A DNA stretch of 64,000 nucleotides. Origin: Klebsormidium nitens. Taxonomy: Eukaryota > Plantae > Klebsormidiophyceae. Both the position numbers and the translations under genes were made by a program. The stretch spans positions 102,938-166,937 of the forward strand of contig DF236959.1 in the NCBI GenBank assembly GCA_000708835.1. The letters are read 5' to 3'. The notes under the pieces are model-generated. The model did not search any database and was not told the origin of the DNA. It saw only the letters and a program-made list of their open reading frames with translations. Shown here one piece after another: positions 12,301 through 27,300 of this stretch (the stretch's first letter is position 1; every line of letters starts with the position of its first letter).

Positions 12301-15300
12301 ACATCACCGTTGCCGGGCCGCTCTTAAGTGAATTTGTCGTTGCATCAACCGTCGTTCGTACGTGCGGATTGCGAGGAGAGATTGTCTAAATCCTGTTTTG
12401 TCTAGATGTGTCCTTCCCGCAGTGCTCGCTGTCTTTCCAGGACCAGAGACACTGAAATACACACGTCGAGGGGCGTGAATCGGCGCACGTTTTGTCGCCA
12501 TCGATCCCTCTTGCCTTGCAGCAACTTTTTCTGGCGGGCAACCAGCTCCAGTCTCTGACCAGCCTGCCCCAGCTTCCAAACTTGGAGGTAAGTTGGTCGA
12601 GGAACGCGTCGTAACGGACTGCCCCGCTTGCCGTCTTTTTTTGGAGGATAAGACGCGGATTGTAGCAGTTCGGCGCCGGGAGTCAGCGCTTCTTATGATA
12701 TAGAGTTGGCAAACCCCGCCTGTCGATCACAATCTCTGAGGGGGCTATGATGTATCTCGTGGGTCCAGTCTGCCTTCAGGCGTCTCGAGAACCATGAAAG
12801 CCTCTTTCCCTTGTTCCACTGTAAGTCGAGTTCCGCTGGGCTCGAGTTCTTCAGAGCGGAAGCTGAGTGGGTTTGCTCATCTGCAGTTCCTGTCGGTGTC
12901 GGGCAACGCCATCACGTCCCTTGCCATGCACAGCTTGCCAAGACTCGAGGCAAGTGCAACATTCAAGAACCCGCTTTCTTCACGTTTTGCATGTCAATCG
13001 CAGCTCGCTATCATTAGGCAGGCGAAAGCGCTCGAACTCGCTTCTTTCGTGTCGCGTTGATAAGGTTCACTAGGAATGAAGAACATCAAATGCATGGCTA
13101 GTGAGTTTCGTCACTGTATTCACGAGCAGCCTCCTGCAACCGAAATTTGGCATTCTACGATTTCAGTATCTTCTTTCAGTCCGGAGTCGTAAGCATTTGA
13201 ACTTCCTCGACGGTGTCTCATATTGCCAAGTCGAAGGATATTGGGACCTGGCTTCACTAAGTCCAACTTAAGTGGACTATCAGACGCGTAAGATCTTCAC
13301 CAAAAAAGTGTTTTGGCCCCACACTTTCTTGCGCGCCCCTGACTTAGAACACCGTCTTTGTCGCCCCGCCCTCTTCGAGTTTCCCCCGTTGAACGTTAAG
13401 AGGCACGGTCGCGTGGGTGGAGACCATGGGTTGACGTTTGCCCGACTTCGACGCCATACGCTGCCACAGATCAATGTGCAGTTGGTCTCGCTGGGGGCTT
13501 GACATTTCAGTAAATATACTCTGTTCGGCCTCTCGAACAGAGCCGCCTCCGCCTCCTGTTATTCAGGTTTTGGCGGCAAGCAACAATCGCATCACCAGCC
13601 TTCGAGACCTGCCCCACCTTCCAGCCATAGAGGTGCGCATCACTTCTGAGAGTCACACATATGCATCAGACATCCAGCGTTCTAACTTTTAGCTACACAC
13701 TTACTTCTTCTGCATAATGGATACTTCAATCTGCAACGATCCCCATAGGACTAGTTGTTGATTTAAGTGACTGCGTTGGCAATGTGACCGACGATAGAAC
13801 GTGCACCCTCGTGCCAGTCATAGCAGGTAGCAAAAATAACCACGTCGATCAGTGGACTTCTGTAGCACCCTGTCAGTTTGATGAAGCCACCGACGGTTTG
13901 GGTCGGCAATCCGCCTCGCCGGTGCAAAGTCCAGTCGTACTAGTATGCCTCGGAGCAAACTCCCGTCAAGGCTTTTGCAGCGCAACCCGCTTTTCAAGCA
14001 CCGCCATCCGTCTCTGTTTCCGCTCACTTCGTGTCTGCTTCTCCGCTGCAGGCGCTTCGATTGGACGGGAACGAGTTTGCAAGCCGGCCGCACGCGAGGG
14101 CCATTGCCATCATCTTGGCGGGGCCGACGCTCCGGAAGCTGGACGGCGAAGGTTCGAAACCGCATGTTTGCCCTTCGCTCTGATGCCGGGAGGTTGTCGC
14201 TAAATCAGAGCACGGTTTGCTTTGCTTTCTGGAAGGAACCGAGCAACGGTATGTTGGCCGGATCCTCCCGAGACATTGGGTTCTACCAACGGGATGTTGG
14301 TAGGACAGACGTGCTCTTCTTGCAAGATCCACTTGTGAATTCGCTGGCCCAAGGAGACTACTCTTGACATTGACTCTCAAATTGGGTTGTGCACTAGAGC
14401 CAGGGCGATTACCACGTCTACCACTCAGCGTCTCAATTGCTGGAGCAGGGGCTTTGTTGTCAGCAACTTGTCAGTGCAGGACACAGATGGTTTGTGTTTG
14501 CTTCGAAGAGGGCGTTGGAGAACCGGTCCTACCTCAAGCGACCAGATCGCCCCCGCATCAAACCAGAATCGCCGAAGGCAATTCTCACGAACGAGTTTGA
14601 GCCGTCTGATGAATCTTCCCTCAGACTTAGTATCTTTGGCAAATTGACGCCTTCTCTGAGGATTTTCGTTTTTCCGACAGCTGTCACGGAGGAGGAGCAC
14701 CGGCGCGCTTTGGAACTGCCACCGCACACCATTCCCTGCCTAAGGGCAGGATGGGACGTGGCAGAGGAGCACGACTCGGCAGGTGGGGCAGCTTTTTGTC
14801 CGGCTAGCAAGTGCGGCCTCCTTTTTATGATATTGATTCCGCGTACATTGAAATTGTCAACACTTGGCGGTTGTCGATCAGGTTGAAAGATCTGAATCAG
14901 CAGTATCAATCATGCATGCTGAATGGCTCGCACCTTTAGTGTTCAAGGCGTCTTTTTGTACAATCTTGTAAGGGTTCGAAGCTGATGGCGTGTGCCAAAA
15001 AGGGTTTCGAGGGCGCGTATGATTCTTTCTGCGATTCCTAAAGATAGTCCTTACGAATCGGTGAGTCTTCAACTTGTGCAGACAAAGGAAAGATTGGACC
15101 TTTGAGCTTCTACATGAATAGAGCATAGACTGGCACTGCTGCTAAGGGGTCCTCAATCGAAGGCCTGAGTGAGAGTCTTGTACAAGTCGGAGGCAAGGTT
15201 TCACCAGACTGCAACAGAGGAATCCAACCACAGGCAATGAAGCTGTTGCTAGTGCTCTGCACGAGGAGATTCTTTGAATGGGGCTGACCACAAAAGGTTC

Positions 15301-18300
15301 CATTTCGCAGAGTTAGGGACAGAAGGCGCCTCTTCCAATCTACGGCCTGAACATGTCCAAGGTGAGTCGATCAGTCTGACGCCGTTGTCAGGCCTGTTGA
15401 ACGGTGTGCTCGTTTCCCTCTTGATCTATGGCCACGATGTTGCCGCCAAAAAGAGCTGGAGATAAGTTACTATCGCGTTTGCGGTCCCTTTTGGGCTTAT
15501 CTATCAAGTAAAGTGACGGCAGTTGCCCCGAGGCAGTGCTAGGGGGCTCTTTTGTGCACTTTATATTTCCATTCTCGTGATATCCGTCTTTACCATCCCT
15601 CAAATTCTTTCAGCACAATCCTGAATTTGACACATCGTCGATCCTGGTAAGAGTCTCTTCTTTCTCAGTTTCCCGAGAGCAAAAGCACGTCTCTCATGTG
15701 GTCGCTTGACGCCTTTTGCAGAATCTACGGCAGCCTTTCTAACCAGCCAGCATTCCCAGCACGCGCCCCCCCACTGCCACGTCACCAAGTTCGTTATCGA
15801 CCAGCCTAAGGAGGGCGAGCTCTGCCACTGCGATTTTGCTTTCGCCAGCGAGTCGGAGACAGAGGAGGACCTCGTTCTCAAGTACCGGTGGTACCGGGGA
15901 CCGAGGCACGGTTTCGCCTTCAGGTCGATTGCTGACGTCACCTCGACGGTAAGTACCTCTGGTGACTGCACCGGCTTCTGGTGTGTCCCCCAAGAGGGCT
16001 AAACGACGGTTCTTGAGAAGGCGCTTGCGCTATCCTGCTAAATAGGAGCAGACGCATGAACTCGTTTGCGACGCCTCTGGAATTGAATGCTCAGAAGCTT
16101 GCTTCGTAAGCAGAACTTGCCTGCTGGTCTGCCCAAGGACGTCGTGATTCTGTATCAAGAGACAGATAGAGAGGTTTGTCGACAAGAAGACGTCGTGCCT
16201 TAGAATCATTCATAAATCAGCAAAAGGCTAGCCGTGTCCCTCATTAAGCAGGCTTCCTACTCCCAACCCGCTCCCCCGACTCAATGGAAATAACCACGCG
16301 CTCGCTGACAGCTTCTACTGTCAATCTCCAGGTTTACGAGCCGCAGGCGGTAGATGTGGGACTCTGCTTGAAGGTGGAATGCACCCCCGTGTTCCAAGGC
16401 ACCGAGTATCCACCGGTTTTCGTGATCTCGCGGGAGGTCGTTGCTGGTGAGCACCCGAATACCTATCAAAGACGAGAAATGAGGCAAGCACTTCAAAACG
16501 GCCAAACCTGACGGAACAGGACTCGGAAAGTGCGTCACTTATCCGCTCTGCGTTTGCTCCTTCGCAAGAAATACAAAGTTTGCGGCGATTGAAGGCAATA
16601 TATTTGACCTTTTTGGTGCTAGAGCAGAGGGCAGAGTTACAAAACTTGCGAGGAACGGAAGCACCCATCTTTCACCTTTTTTCTGACCGTTTACTCCGGG
16701 AGCAGAGACGGAGCCTCATTGTCTTTCTTTTCTCTTTCGGCCATCCCTTTTCCTGTGTTCCCCTTTGCCTGGTCGATGCATCAATTGTGACGATATATTG
16801 TGTCCGCGTCCGTTGCCAGGTGGCCGAGTCCCGAAGATCCAGAGCATTCGCGTCAGCGGTGAGGCCATGGAAATGGGCCGTCTAGTGGGCAGTGTTAGCG
16901 TGGCTTGGTGTGGGGCCAAGCCCGGCAGAAGCCGTGTCAGGTGGGTGCCCAATTCTTTCCAGTCCCTGATTTTGGCATTCTTACCGTCTGCATGGTCGCG
17001 ATTTCGGGAAATCAGTCACGTGACCGAGAAACGGGGGTTGCGTCGCAGGACCTAGGTCTTCAAGAGCCACATCTGTTGTTACACTGCTTCTTTCCTCCTT
17101 TCCCCAAGATTTGTTGTTCTTTATAGTGATAGCGCAATTCACTACGGGCCTTTCTTTCACTCGGTTGTCAAAAAGCCTTTGTAGTGCTGGGGCTTCATGT
17201 TATTGAGAGGTTTGGGCAGAACACACCCGATGACCTTTGGCAGCCGACATCTCTAGTTGCTCGCTGGGTATTGCATTTTGGCCGGCCCGTTAAGTTTGGC
17301 GTCTTCATCCAGACTGCGGGGTCTACAGACTTCCCCCTCCGTTCCGCATACACGCGGGTCCACACCGTTTCCGGCTAATACTCGCACTTTCTTTTCTCAC
17401 GTTTCATGTGGAGAGTTAAGATGCCGTACAAGTCGCACACCTTTTCGGTGACGCGAAAATCATCTACTCAAAAAACTCATCTACTCATTCTAATCATTCT
17501 TTGGACAGCTGGCGACGGACATCCCCGTCTGGAGAAACGACCGTCATCGAGGGAGCGGACCAGACGGAGTACGAGGTGACGTCATCTGACGTGGGCTCCA
17601 AGCTGCAGTTTCACTATCAGCCCTTGTCCGAGGCAGGAGCCGTTGGGGAGGCGCAGTGTGCGGAGACCGAGGTCGTGCAAGCAGGTGGGTTGTGTGGGAT
17701 CCCTGTGCTAAGATTGGATACGGTTTTATTTTGGGACCTTTCGGTCTTGAAATAGTCAATGGAGCAGAAAGGAGGAAGGCGTACTTCATCTTAACTACTG
17801 AAATGGACAGCTGCTGTCGCATGATACTGTTTGAGCTGCATTTTGAGAGAGGGGACTCACCAGCCAAAAGAGGAGGGACTATTATGTGTGGATGGGAGGG
17901 ACGACGACTCACAAAGCAAGTTTTGACTATTCGTCACTCGGGAGGAGAGGATACGTTTTGGTTGCTTGGGTATGGATACCGTTGCGAAAGCAAGAGAGGT
18001 TTATTTGCGATCGCTGAACCTTCAACCTGGAGTAGGAAGCTCTAAGCCCATTCTCCGTTTGCAGAACGGGACACTGACGTTTCGGGGCTCAACGCTCAAT
18101 ACTTCTTTCATCGCTCCCTCGTGCAGTGCCTCCCGCAGTGGGAGACGTCGAGATCGTGGGGAAGCCCGTGGTGAACAGAACTCTAAAAGGAAAGGGAACC
18201 TACGTTGGGGGAAAAGAGGGCCCGAGCCGTTATGAGTGGCTCAGGGAGCGCGAGGGAACGAGGTGAGCGCCTCATGACCTTGTGAGGTCGCCGTTTTCTG

Positions 18301-21300
18301 TAGTGCGCAGCCCTCTCAGCTGTGCTCAATCGGGTGACGTTTGTTCCTGCGGCAACGTTCTGGAAAGTGCTTAAGCTTTTGCGCACCATGCCAGTGGCGT
18401 GTCTTCGACTAATGGCCGCTTGAATTGATACACGACGAAAGTAACGCGATGCTTCAGCAGACATTTCTTCACCGTCTTCCTATCAGCCTGTGTAGCGTTT
18501 TTCTGGTGCAATGACGTCACTCACTGCGTCTTACGATTGCTGATACTCTCTACCGGTCAATGTTCATTGACATTCAGCATATCCTGACGCTCGGGACTTC
18601 CTACATGCACCCCATTGTAAACCATCGAACCGCTTGTTCGTTCAACTTCGCAGGCAGCTTAAGCCAGCAACACCAACAAACGACCGTCTCTATTGCGTAC
18701 TAACCCGGGCCGTCTGATGTGGCAAGAGTCCACTTTGAAGTACGCTTCAAGAGAGATAGTGGCACAGCCACCTTCGTATCTATCAAGCCCCTAAAGCTGT
18801 AATCTGAACTCTTTGCAGTGAGCTCGAGTTGGCGACAGAACCCAACGACGGCCTCGAGTACGTTCTAATCCAGGCCGACTTGGGCGCCCGTATTCACTTT
18901 AAGTATATTCCAGTCAACATAGCAGGGACAGCTGGCGAAGCGCGGACAGCCACCACAGGGCCCGTCATGCAAGGTACTTGTCTTGCAAAAAATTGGATAA
19001 TTGTGGGAGCTCATTAGCAACGACAGCATAGCAGATGCTTTCTGGCGTTGTGTCCTTCTCAGCAAGCTGCTCGTTTTGTCTAGCTACTGATACTGCCGTT
19101 TTGATCTTCGTTTGTCCATCCGTTCGGAAGTCGGGGATATGTGGACTGCGCTGTCCTTTTGGCCGTTGCTGTAACTCGTGTCTTGAGCATTGACACGTAG
19201 TAGAGTTGGGGAGGGAAAAGTCGACCCATTTTTCCACCCCATCAAACCCTGCTAGTGACAGGATTTCCCAATTGAGGCGTTGAGCGGGAAAGAGCTCCTT
19301 TTTGAAGCACAACTTATACTTGCCGTGGTGCAAGCTAGGGTTCTTTCTAACGGGCACCTGAGTCGGAAATTTCACAGCTGAACGCAAAAGACGCGGATGC
19401 GGTTTGCTTGTCGTCGTGGTGAAAGCCCTATTTATATGAAAGCCCTCGTTCCCGCTTGCTGCAGCCCCGCCGCACGTTAAGAAGCTCTCAATCGTGGGTG
19501 ACGTCATGGAGACCCGCGCGGTGCGTCTGGAGGCGACGTACGTGCACGCTGACGAGAGCCTGACGACGGTCCAGTGGTTTGGAGCCAAAGAGGCCAGAGT
19601 GCCCAGCACGGAAGTGGAGGAGGCGGGCATGGGTTGGACCAGCTTCAGCGAGGGGACCACAGAGAAGGTGAGGCTCCTAGGAGCACCTGGAGGTCTTTAA
19701 AGCAAACGCTCCTCAAGAGCGCGATTCCTAATTAAATCCCTAGACAAGTCTCTGGACTCGTCTTTTTGTCCCCTCACACTGCACTTATCCATTGTTCACG
19801 TCATTTCTTTCTTTCGCCTGTTCGCCTTAATGGGTGCTTGCTTCTTCTGGAGATAATGTTTTGACGAGGACGTGGGCTACGCAACAGCGAACATGTCCGG
19901 AGGTTCGCATCTATGCTATTTCAGATGCATGCGGACGAAAAGCTTAAAATTACTAGGCGGCTTTCCCTTCGCCCGTACATTGTTGGATTGCTTTGAACCC
20001 AAACGCAGTGTTTCTTTTGCCCACCTGATGCACCGCCCTCCTCCTTTCACTTACAAAGGATGGCGTGCCGCCCCCGCTTCTCCCCCGCTTTATTGCTTGC
20101 GGCAATCGGCCCGTTGCACCAACTCTGACTTCAATGCTTTTTGGCCCACGCGCAGTCGTTCGTGGTCCCCCCTGAAGCGGTGGGTCGCTTCCTGGTCGCT
20201 AAGGTGACACCGCGGCGGCCTGACGAGGCGGGGAGCTCGACGTATGCTTGCACCAACGATGCGGTTGAAAGTGAGGAGCAAAACTTTGTGAAACACGGGA
20301 TATAGACAATCTAGTGATTCTGGTGTTTCTCTCTCAACAATTGGACAGTCGGTGGTGTAGGAGATTTGTGCCTTTTATGCCATTCTGTGATCACGGTGCG
20401 ACTTTGGAGAGGCGGAAAGCTGGCGTGTCATGGTACGGTTGTGCTGTTGATGGAAGTTAGACACACATAGATGTGGATGTTGAATCAACGCTGGTGCCAC
20501 TGTTGGGCGATTGTTCGACGAACCGCACAACCCTTTTGACTCCTCTGCCGTGATAAGGGGCAAGCCACTCGATGTCACGTTGGAAGAGAAGCTTGCATTG
20601 ATACAGGGCAGATGCGATTCTGCCAGCGGGGGGTCAAGGCGCGACGTTCGAAAGCTCAGCTTCCTGAGATTAAGAAACCACCGCAGCTTCGTATCTTTGA
20701 ATCCTGTACGTATCGAGTTGTGTCATGTGCTCAACCAAAGCCCGAAACCTTGAAGTTTCGAGCGCGACGCTAGAGCATTCACAACCCGATTCTAGCATTT
20801 AAGTATGAAACTGATACACGTATACACACGCAGTGCTGCCACCAGTCGTGCGCGCCGTGACCGTGAGCGGAACGGTCAAGGAGGGCGAGAAGCTGACGGC
20901 GTCCTACAAGTACGACGGGGGACACGAGGGAGCGAGCGAGTTTGCCTGGTACAGTCATAAAGTGAGCCCTCCGAACAAGTGACCACGTCCGCAGTCCGCA
21001 GCTCTGACAGTGTGAGGAGTTTTAGTAGGCGCTACTATTCTCTTGTTGGGAAGGCAATTGCTCCCGAATATGAAGCCGCTTCGGTTCCTTTCAGAGTCTA
21101 GCATCACTTTAGCCTGGCCAATTGACTTTTTTCTTTTCGACCAGAAAAAGGGTTCCTTGCACAAGCTGAAGTGCTTTTCGTATGAAGGATCAAAACAGTC
21201 TCGCTTTGGTTTCGGATTCCTTTCACATCCCATGAAATCCCGTTTTGCGGCCTCAAATACCATCAAGCAGAGGTTGACAAAGGTAAGTTCCCAATATAAG

Positions 21301-24300
21301 CGGGAGCAGGCGTTCCAATTGAACGAGGAGAGAGCAGGTTTAAGGTTGCAAGATTCACACTGAAACATGACGGCTTGAATCAGCAGCATCTCAATTGCGG
21401 GGAGATTTGACGAAGTAACTCGACTCTATGAAAGCTTGTTGGACCGCTTAGGCGCCTGTCATTGTGAGGTTCCGGTTCGCGACTGACCCGCGGGTTAAAG
21501 GCCAATCCTAGTTAAGCCCTGAAACCTGCTCGTGACTTGCAGAAAGCAACGTTGCGTACTAGTTCTTGGTCAGGGTCAGCTCAGGTCCTATCTTTTCAGA
21601 AGTAGGCTTTTACGTCTGGTTAGGGAGCCTTGGGCAGCCTCAACCAACCATAGTTAAGCTTGCCGAAATGTCGTGATTGCAGGACGGGAGCGACTCCGGA
21701 ACTTTGATACCGGGCTCACAAGGCGCACTGGAGTACACGGTCCGCCCAGAAGACGTGGGGAGACATGTGTCTTTCCAGTGCACTCCCATTCGGAGAGACG
21801 GCGGCCGGGGCGAGATGCAGCGACACTTCAACGCTGAGAAGGTTGAGGGAGGTAAGGAAACTGCTACAAAGTTGCCTTTCCTACGTCATATTGTCCCTTG
21901 TATCTTCGTGGAAGAGAGGAGCAGGTTTTCCAAAATTGTGGGAGGACGCGTTAGTTATGCGAGAAAGTTCTATGGTGACTGCGGCTGCCTGTTGATGCTT
22001 TGTGGGACTGGCTTTGCTTTTGGACCTGTTGCAAAAGTCTGCAAACTCTGGCATTTGGCCTGATCTGAGCGAATGGTGTATGGCAGAGGGTGATATTCGA
22101 GCAATTTCATTGGCAAAGGGATAGCATCTTTTGACGTTGCTTATGGTATACGAGTTTCGTGCGACTGATTGACCAGTCGAAGAGATACTACTGTCAATAA
22201 AGCTGCATCGCACGAGGTGCTAGTGTCTTTGATTGTGCAGGATACGAGAGCGTCTAAGCCTTACATTGTGCGACTCGGATACAATGGCCGTCAGTCTCAT
22301 CTGCACTGGCTTGAGAATGAGGAAGCAAGGAGGGCACTACAGACAGCAAGGCAGCTAACATCCATGTAAGCAAACATACGAGAGACCTTTTCGAAGTAAC
22401 GCCACGCCAGAGAAAGTAAAGTGTCCTTTTCTATTACCAGGCTTGCCCTCTGTGTCGAATCTGCGAATCGAGGGAAGCACCACCGAAGGGGCCGAGCTGC
22501 GCGTCGAGAAAGATTACGTTGGCGGGATGGAGGGCGCGTCAGGCTACCGTTGGCACTTAGTAAGCGTTCACTCAGATTTTAACCGTTGGCCCCTGTTAGA
22601 AGTTTTCTCATCCTCATTTCTGTCTGAGGGCTACAATCAAACAGTAAAGCAATTAGTTTGATCTGGTGGGTTAGGGCCCATAGCTGCATTGAAAAGACAG
22701 AAATTCAGGTTTTGCCTGTGCTCCATAGGCCCCTCCGGATAATTTTAGTCGAAGGCTTTGCTCGACGTATATGTAGTTGAATCCAAGGGATTTCCAGAAG
22801 TCGTCGAGCCGAAAGCTACACCAAGCTGCAAAGCTTCGCGGAGCGGGTGTGAATACTTTCCGTCCAATCATCGCAGCTAACATCTGACGGGCAACAAGGG
22901 GAGATTGAGGGCGTGACGGGACCGGTTTACACAGTTCGGACGTCCGACGTCGGCGCGATGATCAACGTCGAGTGTACGCCGGTCCGAAGCGACGGAGTGG
23001 AGGGGGAGACCCTCTTTTCGCCGTTGAGAGGGCCGATCTTGGCTTGTGAGAAGCAAACCCTTGAGTCCTATGACGATCCTGAATCTGGAAATTGTTGAAG
23101 GTCGCTTTCTTTTTAGGATCGCAGATAGTTCCTTCAGAAAGAGAGGTCTGAATCTGCGTCCAGTTCTGGAATCTGCGTGCCCTTCTTTTGGAGGCTTGTA
23201 TTGAGACGCTACAGAGCGGTCGCCATTGAAATCTGCAATGAGACACTATCAGGGGTGCGTTCTGGTTCGAGACTTATGAGACGTCGGTTCGGTAGGACGG
23301 GCAAGGCCCCAGCAATTGAACCAGAATCCGAACGCATCGATCCCACAGATGAAAGCAATGGGTATAGAGCTATATTTAAGTGACTTTTGCGTACTCATGG
23401 AAAGGTGGAGAAAGCGCTTGAAGCAGGAAACTGTTGTTTATGCCAAAGGTTGGTCCTGCATGCACGAGGGGGCACATCCGCAAAGAGCAATACCTTCTTC
23501 TCCTTATAGCTCTCAAAAACCCGTCAGTTGCAGGCGACCCCTTTTCCAAATCGTCGGTTTGTGCAAGCAAGTCTGAAAAGTATCTCAATAAGCGAAGGAG
23601 CCCGGTTCTCGAGTCCCCGTCGCGTCGAAGGGCGGATTCTGATCCGCAAGCCGGAAGCCAACGTTACCATCTCTCCCCTTCCGGGCCCACCGCAGTGCGA
23701 GGAGCCGTCGAACCGGGAGGAGGCCGTCGAAGTGAAAATTTCATCGTTTATTGCGACGTTAAGGGGCCGAAAGCTGACGTCATTGTCTCCGTCCTTCCAG
23801 GCCCGCCGCAGTGCGAGAAGCTGGTGGTTCGGGGGGAAGCCGTCGAAGGGGAGATCTTATCTCTTGAGACGTCGTATCCGGGAGGCGCTCTGGGCACCAG
23901 CAATTAGGTTCCGGTAGGAAGCCAGAAGAGTGACGTCATTGTCGCGCTCCTTGCAGGTCCGCCGCAGTGCGAGAAGCTGGTGTTTCGGGGGGAAGCCGTC
24001 GAAGGGGAGATTTTATCTTTTGAGGCGACGTATCGGGGGGGCGCTATGGGAACCAGCGTGGCCGAGTGGACCCGGGTGGAGCAGGACGGGCAGGAGACGG
24101 TCGTCAGCAACCAAGGTGAGGCTAAAAGCGACGTGTCATTTGTCATTGTGAGTTTCGGTCTGGACCCGGAAGGGCAGGACGGAAAGGAGACGGTCGTCAG
24201 CAACCAAGGTGTGGCTGATGATTACGTCATTCGATCTGGAAATTTTTTGGCCCAAGAGCAGGACGGGAAAGGGACGGTCGTCAGCAACCAAGGGTGAGTC

Positions 24301-27300
24301 TAGAAGGTGACGTCGTTCGATCGGGATAGGTGATGTCACTTGCGTCCGGGCTCGGAAGTGTAGTCGAGCAGGACGGGAAAGAGACGGTCGTCAGCAACTG
24401 AGGGGAAAAAATGGTTTCCGTTCCCAAAGTGATGTCGAAACATGACGTCGCTTGTGTGTAGGTGCGGTCGTCAGCAACACTGGACGTCGAGAAAGAGACT
24501 TGTTCGTCTCAGAAACGGGACTGGATACCTCATTCGAGCGGGTTTTTTGAGTGCAAACGCGGATCGCATTTCTCAGCCTCGCTCGAGCTCAAGACGGCAC
24601 GTCGAATGATGCTTTCAGGGCGCGTGTCTCGTCGGTTTATCGCCTCTTTAAAACCAACAACTTACTTTCGCAGAGGCGATCCGGCTGCGGAAAGCTGACG
24701 TTGGCTGCCGGCTGCGGCTTACGTACACCCCCGTTCGTTCGGATCTGGCGACGGGCGAGCCCGTGTCCCTATTGTCCGAGGTCGTGACGCAAGGTGAGCC
24801 AGGAGCTTACAATGTTCAACTTCTAAGACGCTATGTTATTCTGAGTGGTTAAGAAGGTCTTGAAGGTGGTACAAGGCTGAGAGCTTTGCTCCAGTTTGCA
24901 CAGGGGAAAACGAGGGTCGGGATCAGAGCCTCTGCTTCTCTTTACAGGAACTTGCGGGGAGTCTCGCTTTTGAATAATGGCAGCGTGATATGCAATGTTA
25001 GCAGGATTGGGAAGTCGACATTGGATCAGAGATCTGAAGAGCTGGGTTCCTCACCATACCTTTGCCAGCCGCTCGATCCATAGGGGTGACCTCAAGCCAG
25101 TAAAGATGCAATTAGATCGGTATCGTTTACCAGGTTAAATCTCGTTGGACTAGTAATGAGATAGACTTTCCCGATCGATAGACTGTTCGTTACTTCTTAA
25201 TTGTCCTTCTTTATTGACTGTTCAAACGCACTCCATACACTCAACCCTTCAGGAGGACCGCTGGGTTTGGAGTTAACCCTCCCGAGTACGCCAGTGGAAG
25301 ACCAGGAGCTGGACCCCCGCGCCGTGTATTTCGGGGGGGAAGAAGGGCCCAGCGAATGGCAGTGGTATCGCTCCAAGGACCCCCCCAGAGCGGAAGCAAG
25401 CTCGCGCGCGTCTTGGACCCCAATCGCCCACACTCGGTAAGCTTATTCGCATGATCTCATCATCGTGATTGCTGACAACGAGAGTGCGCGATCACGCGGG
25501 CTGTTATGCTCGACAATCCGACAGGTGTCTTTTTGTCTTGGCCTGCCTCTCAAAGTGTTATTGAGAACAGGTAAACTCAAGTCGCTGAGACGACGCCTCA
25601 CTTTAGAGCTCAGCATGCGTGAGCCCAGAGCTACACGTATCGTGATGAAGAACGCAGCCATCTTGAGCACGACCAGCCATCAAAAAGAGCTGGTAGAGGA
25701 ACGTGCGATATAGTACGACTCAGATGTCCGTCACGGTTACTGAGAACGGTTCGTGAGAAACCACTTTACGTCCGGAAAGGGACAAACCCCTCTCGACTTT
25801 CAAACAACCAACAAAACTTGCCCGGGAAACTCGACATCCTGAAGACCTTCATTTTGTTCCCTTGCTTTGTGCCAGGAAGTACACCCCTGGCCTTGCTGAC
25901 GTAGGCTGTTACCTCATCCTGGAATGGACGCCGGTCCGCGCCGACGGGAATAAGGGCGCCCCGCTGGACGCCTTTGCGACGTCGCCAGTGGAACCAGGTG
26001 AGTCGGCTGAGGAAGCTCAAAAAGATTCGGTCGCTCCTTACGCAGAAATGAGGTTTCAAGGCGTGATGATTTCCGTTTAGGCCTTTTCGCGTTGTCGATC
26101 AGCCAACCAAATCCCCTTCTCCTTGCGTCCAACAGAGCTGCGAATGCAAGAAACTGGTGATACAGTCGTCGGAGCCGGCTGCTTTGGTGAAGGCTCCGTG
26201 CTATGGACACGAATTGGAGTAGAGTTTGAGCAATGTCAACGTACTGAAAGTCGTCCACGTCTGATGAGCTTTCCTCAGAACGAAAGCAGCGAAGGTTTCA
26301 CTGGAATTGAGCTGAAACAGAAAACGAGAGCATCTTGTGCTTTGAAAGACTCCGAAGTCCCTCGGTGGTTTGAAAAGGCTCGTGAATTGACAGTGAATTT
26401 TGATAGTACGAGAAAATTGTAGGCGCTCTCTGTCTCTCTTAGTTGTGTTGGAAGGAGAGAACTGTACGAGCTCGGTGTCATTCCCTAAGCAAGCTGATCC
26501 AAGTTGCTGCCAAACTGCGCGTTGCTAGTCAACCCCCAACACAGTCCCAACACAGTCCTCCAGAACATATAATCGTTCGCAAACCAAAGCCGTAATTTGC
26601 CTGCCCCTTTCTCTCTGCAGCTCCGCCCGAGGTCTTGGCCATCGAAGTGCGCGAGTCAGGTCAGGGCGGTTTCGTCGGGATCGCTCAGTACCACGGAGGG
26701 TTGGAGGGGGCCAGTCGGAAGCAATGGCTAAGAGAGCAAGAAAAGGGGAAGCTCGTTCCTATTCCGGGGGCCACGTCGAACATGTACGAACCGGGGGAGG
26801 AGGACTACTCAGGGAAGCTTGTCTACTCGTATACCCCCGTGAGGACGGACGGGACGGAGGGAACAACGGTGTTCTCAGAGCCCGGGGGGACGGTGTATCC
26901 GGGTAGGTAGTTCCCGAAAGTCGTAGGTTTCGAGGCTGAGCAAAGGTAGCTTGATTGCGCATAGCTTTGGGTAAAGTGCCAAATGGTCGGAGCCAACTTG
27001 CCCAGGAGTCTCAGATTCATCAAATGGTGGATCTACATTTTGACCTAAGACTTGAAGGGAGGAGAAGACGTGTCGGTTCTCTTAACTGGAAATCCAGTTC
27101 AAAAGTGCAGCAATCCCAGGTCCTCACAACACAGGCTGCAAAGTGCACACAGATTGTTGAATGGTGGCCTGCGCACTGAGATTTCTAGTCTAAACATTAT
27201 GCACTTCCACAAGGCGCTCACCATGTGGACTCGCCATTCTTCCCTCCATTTTCGGCATCTGAGTTATCTGCAGTTCAGTCTTGCTTGCGCCCGAGAGATC

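Noticed and set aside
20156-20180. Suspected frameshift in the AIR9 exon at the C-run
   Set aside because: The run has six Cs (GTC CCC CCT), so the frame SFVVPPEAVGRF is intact.
24080-24480. Repeat-spacer-like pattern resembling a CRISPR array
   Set aside because: The repeats are copies of an exon end plus donor in a eukaryotic intron, the spacing is irregular (80-110 bp), and there are no cas genes.
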